This document shows, one piece after another, positions 63,477 to 64,000 of a DNA stretch of 64,000 bases. The stretch comes from Mobula birostris (lineage: Eukaryota): contig NC_092375.1 of assembly GCF_030028105.1 (NCBI RefSeq), positions 43,995,130-44,059,129 of the forward strand, read 5' to 3'. Every line of letters begins with the position of its first letter. Within the stretch, counting starts at the first letter, position 1. The notes beneath the pieces are model-generated. The model worked only from the letters and a program-made list of their open reading frames with translations. It was not told the origin of the DNA and did not search any database. The translations under genes were made by a program, and so were the position numbers.

Positions 63477-63564
63477 ACACACATCAAAGTTGCTGGTGAA
63501 CGCAGCAGGCCAGGCAGCATCTCTAGGAAGAGGTACAGTCGACGTTTCGGGCCGAGACCCTTCG
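63477..63564 (-). mobile_element. 88-bp Penelope-derived insertion truncated inside the hammerhead core
   Basis: 11-bp TSD TTAACTCTGCT (63466-63476 and 63565-63575); arm identical to the 44.7-kb copy; minus strand reads (ac)GA-AGGGTCTCGGCCC-GAAAC-GTC-GACTG. Confidence 0.85.
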
Positions 63565-63695
63565 TTAACTCTGCTTCTCTCTCCATGGATGCGACCTGAT
63601 CTGCTGCGTGTTTCCAATATTTTTCCGATTTGTTACATCTCCGGTATCTGCGGACATTTCTGCTCTTCTATAATCTCTCAACGCCTTGTTAGTAC

Positions 63696-63802
63696 CTATT
63701 CCCAATAAAGCACGAACAATATATCGCATTATCACGATCAATAATCTTAGTAGACCTCGTAATATTAAATAGATCAAACATGCTTTCAGCTAGAATAATA
63801 AC
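63696..63802 (-). CDS. Candidate first coding exon of B7-like gene (MRYIVRALLGI)
   Basis: Acceptor ttttgcag|, weak donor G|GTACTA; preceded by a possible UTR exon at 63841-63914 with good splice sites; link to the IgV exon is unproven. Confidence 0.3.
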
Positions 63803-64000
63803 CTGCAAAATATCCTCAAAAACGTAGAATTTACATGTACCTTAGCAGAAAACCCGGTTTCGTCCCGGTCCTACGATCTTCTCAAAACCCCTTTTGCGGT
63901 AAAGTGTCTAACCTCTGAACACAAACAAGAAAAAAAACTAGTAGAGAGGAAGGATCTGAGCTGAGCACCAATAAAACGCCGCGCCGAACGTTTCGTCACT

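Overview
Vertebrate genomic DNA, most likely a cartilaginous fish (shark/ray). This is inferred from the repeat set: CR1, Rex1/Babar, L1/Tx1, Penelope-like, V-SINE, hAT, Tc1 and Tigger. Most of the window is transposon-derived, often nested several layers deep. Two immunoglobulin-superfamily genes lie in tandem on the minus strand. (1) A B7-family gene (VTCN1/B7-H4- or butyrophilin-like) has a clean IgV exon (47212-47553) and IgC exon (43657-43926). Its IgV lacks the canonical F-strand cysteine but carries extra cysteines. (2) A germline-joined VJ-type V-domain gene has a leader exon (15557-15587) and a V exon (15097-15451) ending in a J-like GxGTxLxV motif. It resembles NKp30/TMIGD2/CD28-type receptors and carries a +1 frameshift in this sequence. 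Introns of the B7-like gene hold several short Penelope-derived insertions with long target-site duplications and a minimal hammerhead-ribozyme core. Family assignments come from motif recognition only; no database search was possible. TE boundaries without TSDs/TIRs are approximate.
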